The position numbers were made by a program, and so were the translations under genes. The notes under the pieces are model-generated. The model saw only the letters and a program-made list of their open reading frames with translations, searched no databases and was not told the DNA's origin. DNA of 64,000 nt from Oscillospiraceae bacterium (GTDB taxonomy: Bacteria > Bacillota > Clostridia > Oscillospirales > Acutalibacteraceae). Every line of letters begins with the position of its first letter. The first letter of the stretch is position 1. The stretch spans positions 572 to 64,571 of the forward strand of contig JAIRLJ010000033.1 in NCBI GenBank assembly GCA_031259495.1, written 5' to 3'. This document shows positions 9,994 through 22,787 of this stretch, in pieces.

Positions 9994-11319
9994 TTGGATT
10001 CTTTCAGAGAGGTTTGGGGTCTTGTTTGTGAGTACTGTAAAAATAAAATTACAGATGTCGCCTATAAGGCTTGGATTGAAAAAATAGAGCCGGTCAGTAT
10101 GGATTTTGCTTCGTGTGGTGCGGTTATAGCGGCCCCTACAGAATTTCACAGACAAACACTTCAGAAGTGCTATCTTGCTCTAATATCTGAGGCGTTTAAA
10201 GAAATATTTGAATCTGAAATAAAAATAGAAGTCGTGCTTAGAGACCAAGAAACAAAAGAAAAAAGCTTTCTAAAACACGCACAAATAAATTCGAAGAGTA
10301 GTTCTGAAGGCGAATTTACTTTTGATAATTATGTGGTCGGGTCATCAAACAAATTTGCTCACGCAGCCGCGATGGCCGTAGCCGCTAATCCTGCAAAATC
10401 TTATAATCCTTTATTTGTCTACGGAAGCTCCGGGCTTGGGAAAACCCATCTTCTTTACGCTATTTGCAATGAAATAAAAAAAACAGAAGGCGACCTAGTC
10501 CCTGTTTATATAAAAGGGGACGATTTTACCAACGAACTTATCAATGCAATAAGAACAAACACAACAAACACCTTTCACAGCAAGTATAGAAAAGCAAGCA
10601 TATTTCTTGTGGACGATATTCAGTTTATAGCGGGTAAAGATTCAACCCAAGAAGAGTTTTTCCATACTTTTAATTCTCTTTACGAAGCAAAAAGACAAAT
10701 AGTTTTAACATCTGATAGGCCTCCGAAAGAAATTCAAACACTAGAAAACCGGTTACGTACACGCTTCGAATGGGGGCTTATAGCGGATATACAGGCCCCT
10801 GATTTTGAAACCAGAACAGCTATAATAAAAAGAAAGGCTGAGTTTTTAGAAATAAATCTTCCTAGAGACGTAACAGAATACATAGCCAGGAAGCTTAGAG
10901 CAAATATTCGTCAACTAGAAGGAGCTGTAAAAAAACTAAAAGCCTATCAGCTTTTAAAAGGTCAAGAACCTAGTGTCTGGATTGCTAAAGAAGCTATATC
11001 AGACACATTAAACAACGACCAACCCCCACTAGTCACTGTGGAAAAAATAATAGAAGAAACCGCAAGAACTTTTGGGGTTTTAAGCGAGGACATAAGATCT
11101 TCAAAGCGCTCCTCTTCTATTTCGACCGCGAGACAAGCCGCTATATATATATGTCGTGAGATTACGCAGCTTTCTACGTCGGCAATAGGGAAGAAATTTG
11201 GAGGGCGCGACCACTCAACCGTTAGTTATGCAATACAGCAAGTTGAAAAAAATATAAATTCTGACAAAAACGCAAAAGCGGTTATAAACGATATCGTAAA
11301 AAATATGCAAGGAGCGTAG
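9994..11319 (+). CDS. dnaA: Chromosomal replication initiator DnaA (track ORF starts at 9949; TTG at 9994 preferred)
   Basis: AAA+ Walker A GSSGLGKTHLL, LVDDIQF and the C-terminal DNA-binding helix GGRDHSTV. A GGGGGA SD lies 4 nt upstream of the in-frame TTG at 9994. The ATG at 9949 sits inside a TTGAAA-17-TAGCAT promoter-like sequence. Confidence 0.9.
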   Translation: MDSFREVWGLVCEYCKNKITDVAYKAWIEKIEPVSMDFASCGAVIAAPTEFHRQTLQKCYLALISEAFKEIFESEIKIEVVLRDQETKEKSFLKHAQINSKSSSEGEFTFDNYVVGSSNKFAHAAAMAVAANPAKSYNPLFVYGSSGLGKTHLLYAICNEIKKTEGDLVPVYIKGDDFTNELINAIRTNTTNTFHSKYRKASIFLVDDIQFIAGKDSTQEEFFHTFNSLYEAKRQIVLTSDRPPKEIQTLENRLRTRFEWGLIADIQAPDFETRTAIIKRKAEFLEINLPRDVTEYIARKLRANIRQLEGAVKKLKAYQLLKGQEPSVWIAKEAISDTLNNDQPPLVTVEKIIEETARTFGVLSEDIRSSKRSSSISTARQAAIYICREITQLSTSAIGKKFGGRDHSTVSYAIQQVEKNINSDKNAKAVINDIVKNMQGA

Positions 11320-11546
11320 TTTTGTTTTCAACTTTGTTTCAACACTTAACAAGAAAGAAAAATTAAAAGCTTTGAAAGCTCTTGACCGAACTTTGTTTTT
11401 AAAAAAAAATAAACACAGTTTTTCTAAAAGTTTTTGCGTTCCTGCTTTTGTCTTTTTGCTCGGCTTGTAGGTTTTAAACAAATCAACACCCCCTATTACT
11501 ACTACTAAAATTTATATTATTTATTTCAGACAAAGGAATTGAGTTT

Positions 11547-12656
11547 TTGAAAGTTGTTTGCAAAAAAAAAGACCTAGAAAAAGCCACTGCTATCGCGCAG
11601 AGATTTGCTCCAATAAAACTTTTAACAAACTTGCCAGAAGGAATTTTATTAGAAGCGAAAGACTCTAGTCTTTTATTAAAAAGTTACAACCTAGACACAG
11701 GAATAATTTTGAAACTATCAGCCAAGGCAGAAAAAAGGGGAGAAATTGTCTTGGTTGCAAGAGTTTTTTCTGAAATAGCAAAGAGGTCTGCAAGCGAAGA
11801 TATAAAAATCCAAACAAACGACAAGATGTTGGCAACAATATCAAGTGGTCAGAGCAATTTTTTTATAACAGGCGTGGATCCGAATTCTTATCCCACTATT
11901 CCCGAAATCAAATCAACAAAAAAACTAAAAATAAAACTCAAAACCTTAAAAAAGATGGTAAGAAGGACAATTTTTGCGATTGCAAAAGCAAACTCCGGAG
12001 TAGAAAACGTTTATTCTGGAGTTTTGTTTGAAATAAAAAATGACACGCTTTTTCTTGTTGCTGTAGATGGATATAGAATGGCGGTTTGTAGTTGTTTTTT
12101 CAAAAACGAGAGCAATATAAAATTTATAGTGCCAGGTAAAGCGCTTATGGAAATCTCTAAGCTTGTTAGTAAAACCCGCGAAGAAACAGTTGATCTTATT
12201 TTGGAAAAAAACCATATTATTTTTTGTTTAAAAGACATGAAACTTATCGCAAGGCTAGTCGAGGGAAATTTTCTTGATTATCAATCCAGTTTGCCAAAAG
12301 CCCATAAAACAAAAGTAACGGTATCTATTTTAACCCTTGTTAGCTCTGTAGAAAGAGTTTCTTTGGTGGCAGATGATAGTGCGAAAAACCCACTAAAGAT
12401 TATTTTAGAAGACAACAAAATAAAACTCTTTTGTGAAGCAAGCCTTAGCCAAGCGAGTGATGAAATTGAAGCAAAAACGGAAGGAGAGATTTTAGAAATA
12501 GGATTAAACAGTAAATATTTACTAGATGCTTTAAAAAACGCCGGTTGTGACGAAGTAAGGCTTGAGTTCTCTGGAGCCTTGTCTCCTGTAAAAATTTTGC
12601 CAATAGATGGAGACGATTTTGTTTTTTTGGTTTTACCTGTTAGGTTAAAAACCTAG
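11547..12656 (+). CDS. dnaN: DNA polymerase III beta sliding clamp
   Basis: 369 aa, position directly after dnaA, and C-terminal LLDALK...PVRL pattern. TTG start. Confidence 0.9.
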   Translation: MKVVCKKKDLEKATAIAQRFAPIKLLTNLPEGILLEAKDSSLLLKSYNLDTGIILKLSAKAEKRGEIVLVARVFSEIAKRSASEDIKIQTNDKMLATISSGQSNFFITGVDPNSYPTIPEIKSTKKLKIKLKTLKKMVRRTIFAIAKANSGVENVYSGVLFEIKNDTLFLVAVDGYRMAVCSCFFKNESNIKFIVPGKALMEISKLVSKTREETVDLILEKNHIIFCLKDMKLIARLVEGNFLDYQSSLPKAHKTKVTVSILTLVSSVERVSLVADDSAKNPLKIILEDNKIKLFCEASLSQASDEIEAKTEGEILEIGLNSKYLLDALKNAGCDEVRLEFSGALSPVKILPIDGDDFVFLVLPVRLKT

Positions 12657-12712
12657 CAAAAAAAATACACGCCGCAATATTAACAATGAATACAACTTTC
12701 GGGAGACAAATT

Positions 12713-13018
12713 ATGAATCTAGCAAAATGTCCATACTGTTCAAAAAAAATTACATATCCGGAAGCATGGCACCTAAAGAAAAAACTGAAATTCTTGTGCT
12801 CTGAATGTAAAAAAAACTCTATTCCAACGCTTGGTGTTTCAGGTAAAATTATAGGAGGAACAATAGCAATAATTTCAAGCCTCTTAAGCGTTTTGTCTTT
12901 TTTTGTTTTAAGGGCGGGCGTATTTGTGTTGGCCTTGATGTTGTTTTTGATATTTGTTTTGTTTTTTTTGGTTTTTCCGTTTTTTATAGAATTGACAAAA
13001 ACGGAAAAGCTCAATTAA
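12713..13018 (+). CDS. Small zinc-ribbon membrane protein (CPYC...CSEC plus 2 TM helices), unknown function
   Basis: A GGGAGA SD lies 6 nt before the ATG at 12713 (the track ORF begins at 12686). Two CxxC pairs are followed by hydrophobic helices. Co-oriented between dnaN and gyrB. Confidence 0.5.
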   Translation: MNLAKCPYCSKKITYPEAWHLKKKLKFLCSECKKNSIPTLGVSGKIIGGTIAIISSLLSVLSFFVLRAGVFVLALMLFLIFVLFFLVFPFFIELTKTEKLN

Positions 13019-13026
13019 TTTGATGA

Positions 13027-14973
<1,947 letters not shown>

Positions 14974-14983
14974 GAGGAAAATT

Positions 14984-17449
14984 TTGAGTGAAGAAAAAAC
15001 TAACCCAAAAATAATTAATGTAGACATAGACAAAGAAATGAAAAAATCTTTTCTTGATTATTCTATGTCTGTTATTGTTTCAAGAGCTCTGCCCGATGTA
15101 AGAGATGGCTTAAAGCCTGTACACAGGCGGATTCTTTATACTATGTTTGAAAATGGTCTTACTCCAGACAAGCCCTATAGAAAATGCGCGGACACCGTGG
15201 GCAATGTTTTAGGGAGATATCATCCTCATGGTGATGCCGCGGCTTACGATGCTTTGGTGCGTTTAGCACAGGACTTTTCTATGCGATATATACTTGTTGA
15301 TGGGCATGGCAATTTCGGGTCTATAGACGGTGATCCGCCCGCGGCTTATCGTTATACGGAATCTCGTATGAGCAAGATTTCTTCTAAAATGCTGACCGAC
15401 ATAGAAAAAGAAACAGTTAACTTTTTACCTAATTACGACGACCGCCTTAAAGAACCGGAGGTTTTGCCCTCCAGATTTCCAAACTTATTAGTAAACGGTT
15501 CTTCTGGCATAGCGGTTGGTATGGCGGCAAATATCCCCCCCCACAATCTTGGAGAGATAATAAATGCGATTAATTTTTTATTAGATAATCCAACAGCAGA
15601 ACTTGAGGAAATTGTAAAATACATCGAAGGTCCTGATTTTCCAACCGGAGCTATAATTATGGGGAAAAGCGGTATAAGATCAGCATATGCTACTGGTCGA
15701 GGAAAGGTTGTGGTTAGGGCCAGAGCCGAAGTAACAAGAAAAGAAGGTCAACGTGAAAAAATAATAATAACAGAACTTCCCTATCAAGTTAATAAAGCTA
15801 GACTTTGTGAAAATATAGCAAACCTGGTAAAAGAAAAACGCGTAAACGGAATTGCCAACATAGAAGATCACTCCGACAGAGACGGCATGCACATTGAGAT
15901 TACGATAAAAAGAGATGCTTGTGCGAATGTAATTTTGAACCAGCTTTATTCTTTTACGCAGCTTCAGACGACTTTTGGTGTTATTATGCTTGCTATAGTA
16001 AACGGCGAACCAAAAGTTTTAAATTTAAAACAAATCTTAGAACATTATATAAATTTTCAAATTCAAGTTATAACAAAAAGAACGAGGTTTGATTTAAACA
16101 AGGTTAAAGCAAGAGCACACATTTTAGAGGGCTTAAAAAAGGCCTTGGATTTTATAGATGAAGTTATAAAGATTTTGCGTGCCTCGAAAACAGTTTCAGA
16201 AGGAAAAGAAAAACTTACGTCTCGATTTGATTTAGATGACATTCAAGCACAGGCGATAGTTCAAATGCGTTTGGGACAGCTCACAAACCTTGAAAGAAAA
16301 AAAATAGACGAAGAACTTAAATCTTTAGTAGAAAAAATAAAAGATTTAGAAAGCATACTTTCTTCTTTTGACAAAAAAACAGCAATCTTAAAAGAAGAAT
16401 TAGAACAGATTAAAAAAAGATTTAATGATAAACGACGCACAGAAATCACGGTATCATCTGGTGATCTTGACATAGAGTCGCTCGTGCCAAATGATGAGTG
16501 TGTAATAACACTTACAAACTTTGGTTATATCAAAAGACAAGGTATTAATAATTATAGAACACAAAGGCGTGGAGGAAGGGGTGTTTCCTCTATGACAACC
16601 AGAGAAACGGACGTAGCCAATGAGATGTTTGTTTGCAAAAACCATGACCATATTATGTTGTTTACAAGCTTTGGGCGTGTGTATAGGTTAAAAAGCTATG
16701 AAGTACCAGAAAATTCTAGGGTTTCTAAGGGAACCAATATCGTAAACCTTATACCGTTGTCATCTGATGAAAAAATAAACTCTGTTATTAAAGTTACGGG
16801 ATTTGATAATAGTCTTAACTTGATTATGGTAACAGAAAAAGGACGTATAAAAAGAACATTGTTGGCAGATTTTGAAAGTGTTAGAAAAAACGGAAAAATC
16901 GCCATAACTCTTAGCAAAGATGACAACCTTGCCTGGGTTCATTTGACAACAGGCAGCGACAAGGTTTTGGTTGCTACAAAAAAAGGCATGGTTATAAAGT
17001 TTCACGAAGATAATGTGCGTGTTATGGGTAGATCTGCAGCAGGAGTAAGAGCTATACGTCTTAAAAAAGATGACGACAAGGTTGTTGGAATGTCGGTTAT
17101 CTCTGAAAAAAACAAAGATGTTTTTGTGCTTACTATATGCGAAAACGGATTTGGTAGAGTTTCTAGACTCTCTGATTATCGTTTACAGTTACGCGGAGGT
17201 AGCGGAATAATTAATTATCACACAGATAAATTTGGAGATGTTGTAGGAAATAAAATAGTTAATTTGAAAGACGATATAATTATTATTTCTTTAAACGGGG
17301 TTTTGATAAGAATTCCTGTTGGATCTATAAGAAAGTGTAAAAGACCATCAAAAGGAGTAAAAATTATGAAAATATCTAAAAACGATAAAGTCGTAGCCTT
17401 TACACAAGCGCCGCAAAAAAACGAAGATTTTAAAAAAGATAAAAATTAA
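14984..17449 (+). CDS. gyrA: DNA gyrase subunit A
   Basis: [22 protein letters not shown] and AAYRYTE (active-site Tyr). AGGAGG SD and TTG start. Confidence 0.95.
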   Translation: MSEEKTNPKIINVDIDKEMKKSFLDYSMSVIVSRALPDVRDGLKPVHRRILYTMFENGLTPDKPYRKCADTVGNVLGRYHPHGDAAAYDALVRLAQDFSMRYILVDGHGNFGSIDGDPPAAYRYTESRMSKISSKMLTDIEKETVNFLPNYDDRLKEPEVLPSRFPNLLVNGSSGIAVGMAANIPPHNLGEIINAINFLLDNPTAELEEIVKYIEGPDFPTGAIIMGKSGIRSAYATGRGKVVVRARAEVTRKEGQREKIIITELPYQVNKARLCENIANLVKEKRVNGIANIEDHSDRDGMHIEITIKRDACANVILNQLYSFTQLQTTFGVIMLAIVNGEPKVLNLKQILEHYINFQIQVITKRTRFDLNKVKARAHILEGLKKALDFIDEVIKILRASKTVSEGKEKLTSRFDLDDIQAQAIVQMRLGQLTNLERKKIDEELKSLVEKIKDLESILSSFDKKTAILKEELEQIKKRFNDKRRTEITVSSGDLDIESLVPNDECVITLTNFGYIKRQGINNYRTQRRGGRGVSSMTTRETDVANEMFVCKNHDHIMLFTSFGRVYRLKSYEVPENSRVSKGTNIVNLIPLSSDEKINSVIKVTGFDNSLNLIMVTEKGRIKRTLLADFESVRKNGKIAITLSKDDNLAWVHLTTGSDKVLVATKKGMVIKFHEDNVRVMGRSAAGVRAIRLKKDDDKVVGMSVISEKNKDVFVLTICENGFGRVSRLSDYRLQLRGGSGIINYHTDKFGDVVGNKIVNLKDDIIIISLNGVLIRIPVGSIRKCKRPSKGVKIMKISKNDKVVAFTQAPQKNEDFKKDKN

Positions 17450-17478
17450 GATTTAAAATAAAACTTAAAGCTAAAAGA

Positions 17479-17795
17479 ATTATATTTACTTCGGGAGCAA
17501 ACTATTTTTATGGTTGCAAAAACTTAGCGAAAATTGTAATACCAAATTCTGTTAAATTAACTTGTGGAACTATGATGAAGTCTTTAAACCCCCACAACAA
17601 GAAGCCCTAAAATCCTATGAGAATTGGAGTTTCTTGTTGTCAGGATTTGAGAGTTCCGTTATAAAAAAATTAGATTGTATAACAAACTATAGCAAAACTC
17701 TATGCTTCTTAGAGTCAACTGGAATTAGGAGGTTATGTAGTATTTTAAAAATCTCGCTTTGGAATACAAAGAACAAAAAGTCTATAAAAACTTAA
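17479..17795 (+). pseudogene. Remnant of a BspA-type leucine-rich-repeat surface protein gene (frameshifted fragments)
   Basis: The frame ending at TAA 17608 reads ...ANYFYGCKNLAKIVIPNSVKL, a close match to the LRR unit AFxGCxxLxxIxIPxSV. Further weaker I-x-N-Y-...-C-x-L-E-S units occur in other frames up to 17795. No start or SD. Confidence 0.35.
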
Positions 17796-18267
17796 AGACA
17801 AGCGATCTTAAAAAGATCGCCTGCGTTTGAACATTATTGTGATTGTTAATTTTTTTTATTAACACTGACAATTAGAAGTATAATTTCCGATATTAATTTT
17901 TATTTAAGAAAAATTTTTAACTTAAAGATAACTATTTATACATAAAATTAAGATTAAGTTTAAAAATATTCGCTAATAAAGAAAAATAAACTGGATATTA
18001 CATGACTCCCTCCTGCAAGCTAATTCTTTAATTGAACAATCTTTTTTGTTCATTGGACTTGTATTTCAAAGTCCTTTGTTAGTGTTAGCTTTTTTTATAA
18101 ATATTATTCATAAAATTTGCGTATTTTTTATGTTTTTATGCTGGTGATTTGTAAATTTTGAAAATTTAGGGTAAAAAAACTTGGGTACAGTTTAGTTTAT
18201 GAACCGCTTAATTTGTTATTTGTAGTGATTTTTAATTAAGTTAAAATTTTAGTTTACTGTTTTTTAT

Positions 18268-18930
18268 ATGAAAATTTTTTTTGATTTTTTTCAAATTTTT
18301 TTTCCTACACGTTGTCCATATTGCGAAAAAATAATTATATCTGACCGCAATATGTGTAATGTTTGTGTTGAAAAAATACTTTCAAAAGATTTAATTAGAG
18401 GTTTCAAAATTAGAAATTGTAATTTTCTATGTTTATCAAGTTTTTTATATAACAATCGAGTTAAAGAAGCCGTTTGGCGGTATAAGTTTTCTGGTAAAAA
18501 AGATTATGCAAAAAGTTTTGCCAAAAATCTTATAGTATCTTTTTCAACGAAGTTTAGTTTTAGTGACTTTGATTTTGTTACAAATGTGCCGATTAGCAAA
18601 AAAAGGTTAAAAGAAAGAGGCTATGATCAAGCAAAGATTTTGGCACAAGAATTTTCGGCAATAACACAAATTAGATATAAAGATTTCTTAAAAAAAGATA
18701 TAGACAATATGCCTCAACATACTTTGAATGTTACAGAAAGAAAAACAAACACCAGAGACGTATATTCGCTTAAAACTTCTGCTATACTAAATGGTAGGAA
18801 AATTTTAATTGTGGATGATGTAGTTACTAGTGGAAATACATTTGGTGAGTGTGTTTTTGTGCTGAAAAAAGGTGGAGCCTCCTTTGTTTTTGCTTTGAGT
18901 TTGGCTTCCGCTCGGTGTGTAGAAGTTTAA
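18268..18930 (+). CDS. comFC: ComF family protein (ComFC-like phosphoribosyltransferase with N-terminal zinc finger)
   Basis: N-terminal CPYC...CNVC and a PRTase motif ILIVDDVVTSGNT. Confidence 0.8.
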   Translation: MKIFFDFFQIFFPTRCPYCEKIIISDRNMCNVCVEKILSKDLIRGFKIRNCNFLCLSSFLYNNRVKEAVWRYKFSGKKDYAKSFAKNLIVSFSTKFSFSDFDFVTNVPISKKRLKERGYDQAKILAQEFSAITQIRYKDFLKKDIDNMPQHTLNVTERKTNTRDVYSLKTSAILNGRKILIVDDVVTSGNTFGECVFVLKKGGASFVFALSLASARCVEV

Positions 18931-19133
18931 CTAATGGATGTGCAATTGTCTTGCAAGAATTTAATATTTGTTAAGGTTTTTTAAAATTGTGTTTTAAGCT
19001 TTTTATATTTGCCAAAAATATTTTTGACGTTACTAAAATTGTTATAAATGTTGTGTTATTTATATTTTTTATGAGTTTTAGTTTATTTTTTAAAAAAGTT
19101 TTTTCTGCAAAGGTTTAGGTGGTGATTTGTTTT

Positions 19134-20153
19134 ATGTCTAGTCTTGCTATAGATTTAGGCACATCGCACACAAGAATTTTTATACCCAATAAAGGTGTTG
19201 TCGTGAATGAACCTTCAGTAGTAGCGGTTGATCCTTTAATGAAGAATATTTACGCTATTGGAAGCGAAGCCTTCGAAATGTTGGGCAGAACCTCGAAGGA
19301 TATTCAAGTTGTTTATCCCTTGTTGGGTGGTATGATAAGAGATTATTGTATGATAGAAGGTATGGTAAAATTTTTTTTGAAACGAGCAAAAAAAGCATGG
19401 TTAATTATGCCAAAAGCCTTAATATGTATACCGGGCGAAATTACCGATGTGCAAAAAATCGCTGTTATAAATGCAATTCAATCAGCCGGAATACGAAAGG
19501 TTCGTATAATTGAAGCTCCTATTGCTGCAGCAGTAGGTTCTGGAATAGAAATATCAAATCCGCGAGGTTTGTTGGTGGTAAACGTTGGAGCAGGTACCAC
19601 GGATATAGCAATTATGTCACTAAACGGGCTTGTTGCTTCGACCTCTTTGAGAATTGCCGGTGATGATATGGACGAGGCGATTACAAGATATGTAAAATGC
19701 AAACATAATCTTATTATAGGGAAAAGAACGGCTGAGATTTTAAAAATTAAGATTGGTTCCGTTTTTCCGCAGGTAAAAAGACTTGTTCATACCGTGAAAG
19801 GGAAAGATACAATAAATCGTTTGCCAAAGTCTGTAGAAGTTTTTTCCGATGAGGTTTTTGGGGTTTTATCAAAAGTTGTTGAAAAGATTTTAGATTCTAT
19901 TGTGGAAATGTTAGAGATAGTTTCTCCTGAACTTGTTGCAGATATACTTTCTGATGGTGTAACACTATCTGGAGGGTGTGCGCGACTTGCTGGACTTGAT
20001 AAAGCAATAAGTTCAAGAACCGGTCTTGAGGTAAAAGTTGTTGAAGAACCGGAATTTTGTGTTGCACGAGGTGCGGGTGAGTCTATAAAATATATGTCGT
20101 CTAACGTCCATATGGAGAATTTTGGAGTAATAAATCCTTTATCTCTGGATTAA
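19134..20153 (+). CDS. mreB: Rod-shape-determining actin homologue MreB/Mbl
   Basis: LAIDLGTSHTRIF, VNVGAGTTD and LSGGCARLAGLD motifs. An AGGTGGTGA SD precedes the ATG at 19134 (the track ORF begins at GTG 19119). Confidence 0.85.
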   Translation: MSSLAIDLGTSHTRIFIPNKGVVVNEPSVVAVDPLMKNIYAIGSEAFEMLGRTSKDIQVVYPLLGGMIRDYCMIEGMVKFFLKRAKKAWLIMPKALICIPGEITDVQKIAVINAIQSAGIRKVRIIEAPIAAAVGSGIEISNPRGLLVVNVGAGTTDIAIMSLNGLVASTSLRIAGDDMDEAITRYVKCKHNLIIGKRTAEILKIKIGSVFPQVKRLVHTVKGKDTINRLPKSVEVFSDEVFGVLSKVVEKILDSIVEMLEIVSPELVADILSDGVTLSGGCARLAGLDKAISSRTGLEVKVVEEPEFCVARGAGESIKYMSSNVHMENFGVINPLSLD

Positions 20154-20171
20154 ATTTTTGAGGGTGAAATT

Positions 20172-20744
20172 ATGAGAAATCTGTCAAAAAGAAGAATTAT
20201 ATCAACAATATCTTTTTCAATTTTAGGTTTATTGTTAATTTGGTTTATTGTAGGGTACAATTCTTTAGTTTCTTCTCGTGAGAACACAATTAAGCAACAA
20301 TCCAATATACAAACACAGCTTCAAAGAAGACTTGATCTTATACCAAACATTGTGAACACTGTAAAAGGCTATACAGTTCATGAGTCTGAAATAATAAAAT
20401 CTGTATCTGATGCTAGATCTAGACTGGCGGGTGCTTCGAATATGAGCGAAAAAGCAGAAGCCAATGCTGAATTAAGTTCAGCATTTTCAAGATTACTTAT
20501 GATAGCGGAAAATTATCCTGATTTGAAAGCTAATCAAAATTTTATTGCTCTTTCGGACGAGTTATCTGGCACAGAAAATCGCATAACGGTTGCTAGAAAA
20601 GATTATAACGAAGCTGCTACTATTTACAATAAATCCGTAAAAACTTTTCCAACCGTGATTTTAGCTAGTATGTTTTCTTTTAATGAGGTAGAGTATTTTT
20701 CGGCTGGTGAAACAGTCAAAGATGTACCAAAAGTTGAGTTTTAG
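20172..20744 (+). CDS. lemA: LemA family protein
   Basis: N-terminal TM helix, YNSLV and ARKDYNEAATIYN...FP motif pattern of LemA. Confidence 0.85.
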   Translation: MRNLSKRRIISTISFSILGLLLIWFIVGYNSLVSSRENTIKQQSNIQTQLQRRLDLIPNIVNTVKGYTVHESEIIKSVSDARSRLAGASNMSEKAEANAELSSAFSRLLMIAENYPDLKANQNFIALSDELSGTENRITVARKDYNEAATIYNKSVKTFPTVILASMFSFNEVEYFSAGETVKDVPKVEF

Positions 20745-20753
20745 GAGTTTATT

Positions 20754-21584
20754 TTGGCTGTCTTTTGCGAATTGTGTGTTTTTGTAATTTTGGTTGCTTC
20801 GAACTTATACAAAAACAAACAATTTCTAAAGAAACTTGATATATATCGAAAATTTTTGATTAATTTTTGTTCTGCTTTTTTTGTTTTCGGTTTTATTCTT
20901 GTCAAACAAGCAAGCGCTGCTTTGAGTTTGCCTAATCCAACCAGAGAATTTTACGTAAATGACTTTGCGAATATACTTTCTGCAGAAACCAAACAATATG
21001 TATATGATATTTCTTTAGAGCTTTTCAAACAAACAAAAGCTCAGCTTGTTGTTGTTACGGCTTCTTCTTTGAACCAAAAAGATATTAGAGAATACAATTT
21101 GGAGCTATCTAGAAAATGGGGCGTAGGAGACAAAACACTCCAAAATGGTCTCGTCGTTCTTTTGGCTCCAAATGAACGTCAAGTTGATGTTTGTGTTGGA
21201 ACTGGACTTGAAGGAAAAATAAATGATGCAAAAGCGGGTAGGCTTCTGGACGAATATGCTGTCAATGAATTTAAAAACAAAAATTGGAACGAAGGCATAA
21301 AAAGTCTTGCTTCTGTGTTTGTTAACGAGATTTATAAAGAATACGGGCAAACTTCGCCAGGAGAAATTAAAAAGAATATTAAAAAAACAACTCATAAAAC
21401 TGAGGTTTTGTTTTCGCGTGCTTTTGTTGTTATTGTAATTTTGCTTTTTTTTATTTTTAGAAGAAGGATTTTTTTCCTTTCAAGGGGTAGTGGCATAAGT
21501 TTTTTTGGCAACGGTAGTGGAGATGGAGGAAATTTTGGTGGAGGTGGTGGTTTTAGTGGTGGTGGAGCTTCCAGAAAGTTTTGA
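20754..21584 (+). CDS. TPM domain (YgcG-like) membrane protein with Gly-rich C-terminus
   Basis: FYVNDFANILS...QLVVVT...GVG...GLVVLLA TPM pattern, a TM helix and a GGGGGFSGGGA tail. Canonical LemA-TPM gene pair. TTG start. Confidence 0.75.
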   Translation: MAVFCELCVFVILVASNLYKNKQFLKKLDIYRKFLINFCSAFFVFGFILVKQASAALSLPNPTREFYVNDFANILSAETKQYVYDISLELFKQTKAQLVVVTASSLNQKDIREYNLELSRKWGVGDKTLQNGLVVLLAPNERQVDVCVGTGLEGKINDAKAGRLLDEYAVNEFKNKNWNEGIKSLASVFVNEIYKEYGQTSPGEIKKNIKKTTHKTEVLFSRAFVVIVILLFFIFRRRIFFLSRGSGISFFGNGSGDGGNFGGGGGFSGGGASRKF

Positions 21585-21596
21585 AGAGGGAAAAAA

Positions 21597-22760
21597 ATGA
21601 AAAAAATTTGTGTGGTTACCGCGACAAGAGCTGAATATGATGGACTTTTTCCACTTATAAAAAAAATAAAAAAACAAAAATATTTTTCTTTACAGCTTGT
21701 AGTTACAGGTGCACATTTATCAAAAGATTTTGGCCTAACATATAAAAAAATTCAAAAAGATGGTTTTAAAATACATAAAGAAATAAACATGCTTTCTTCG
21801 GATGATAAAGCCGTTAACATAAGCAAAGCTATGGCAATAGAACTTGAGGAGTTTTCGAGGTATCTTGCTGTAAGCAGGCCAGATATAATAGTTATTTTAG
21901 GGGACAGATATGAACTTTTACCCATTTGTATAGCGGCGATGAACGAATTAATCCCTGTAGCACACATAAGCGGAGGAGAAATTACCGAAGGAGCATTAGA
22001 TGATCAAGTAAGACACGCTGTGACAAAATTTTCTTTTTTACATTTCACAGCAAATAAAAAATATCGCAAGCGAGTTATACAACTCGGTGAAAATCCGAAT
22101 AGAGTTTTTGCTTTTGGCGAGCTATCAATTGAAAACATAAAAAAAGAAAAACTTCTTTCAAAAGAAGAATTAAAAAAAGAACTAGGCTTTGAGTTAGATA
22201 AACCTTACGCGCTTATTACATTTCATCCGGTTACGCTCGAAAACAACACGGCTGGTAAACAGTTTGCAGAGCTTCTTCGAGCGCTTGATGCAACAGATTT
22301 AAAAGCAATATTAACAAAATCTAATGCCGACATAGGAGGGCGGATAATAAATAAAATCGCAAAAGATTATGCTAAAAAAAAATTTAAAAAAGCAATACTT
22401 TTTGATAATTTAGGTCGTATACTTTATTTAAGTGCTATGAAACATGCGGAATTAGTTTTAGGAAATTCATCTAGTGGAATCTGTGAAGCTCCGAGCTTTT
22501 CTGTTCCTACAGTTAATATAGGCGATAGGCAAAAGGGTAGAATCCAATCCAAAACAACTGTTAATTGTCAGCCAAATTACAGCGACATACTTAATACTAT
22601 TAAGGAAGTGCGCAGAGATAGTTTCAGAAAAAAAATAAAAAATGCTAAAAATCCCTATGAGAATAAAAGTACGTCAGGAAAGATTATAAAAACTTTGAAA
22701 AATTTTTTGAGCAAGAAAAACATAACTTTAAAAAAGAAATTTTATGATATTAAATTTTAG
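21597..22760 (+). CDS. neuC: UDP-N-acetylglucosamine 2-epimerase (hydrolysing), NeuC-like
   Basis: VVTATRAEYD, LGDRYE and HISGGEITEGALDDQVRHAVTK motifs of NeuC-type epimerases. Confidence 0.8.
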   Translation: MKKICVVTATRAEYDGLFPLIKKIKKQKYFSLQLVVTGAHLSKDFGLTYKKIQKDGFKIHKEINMLSSDDKAVNISKAMAIELEEFSRYLAVSRPDIIVILGDRYELLPICIAAMNELIPVAHISGGEITEGALDDQVRHAVTKFSFLHFTANKKYRKRVIQLGENPNRVFAFGELSIENIKKEKLLSKEELKKELGFELDKPYALITFHPVTLENNTAGKQFAELLRALDATDLKAILTKSNADIGGRIINKIAKDYAKKKFKKAILFDNLGRILYLSAMKHAELVLGNSSSGICEAPSFSVPTVNIGDRQKGRIQSKTTVNCQPNYSDILNTIKEVRRDSFRKKIKNAKNPYENKSTSGKIIKTLKNFLSKKNITLKKKFYDIKF

Positions 22761-22787
22761 ATCCGATTTTTAAAAATTTTGAATTTT

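Noticed and set aside
9811-11546. Searched the dnaA-upstream and dnaA-dnaN intergenic regions for DnaA-box clusters (TTATCCACA / TGTGGATAA).
   Set aside because: Only poor matches were found by eye, for example TGTGGGAATAA at ~9908 and ATAAACACA at ~11409, with 2-3 or more mismatches and no cluster. I cannot call oriC from this window.
17998-18013. Minus-strand GGAGGGAG-tc-ATG-TAA 'start-stop' element in the gyrA-comFC gap.
   Set aside because: The 2-nt SD spacing is too short and it is an isolated occurrence. It is more likely a relic of a decayed gene start or a chance match.
18141-18175. ctggtGATTTgtaAATTTTGAAAATTTAGGGta resembles part of the 57.6/63.9 kb repeat core (GATTTACAATTTTGAAC..AAATTTA..AGGG).
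   Set aside because: The similarity is short, gapped and in low-complexity AT-rich sequence, and it lacks the GGCCGGG centre. It cannot be distinguished from chance without a statistical search.
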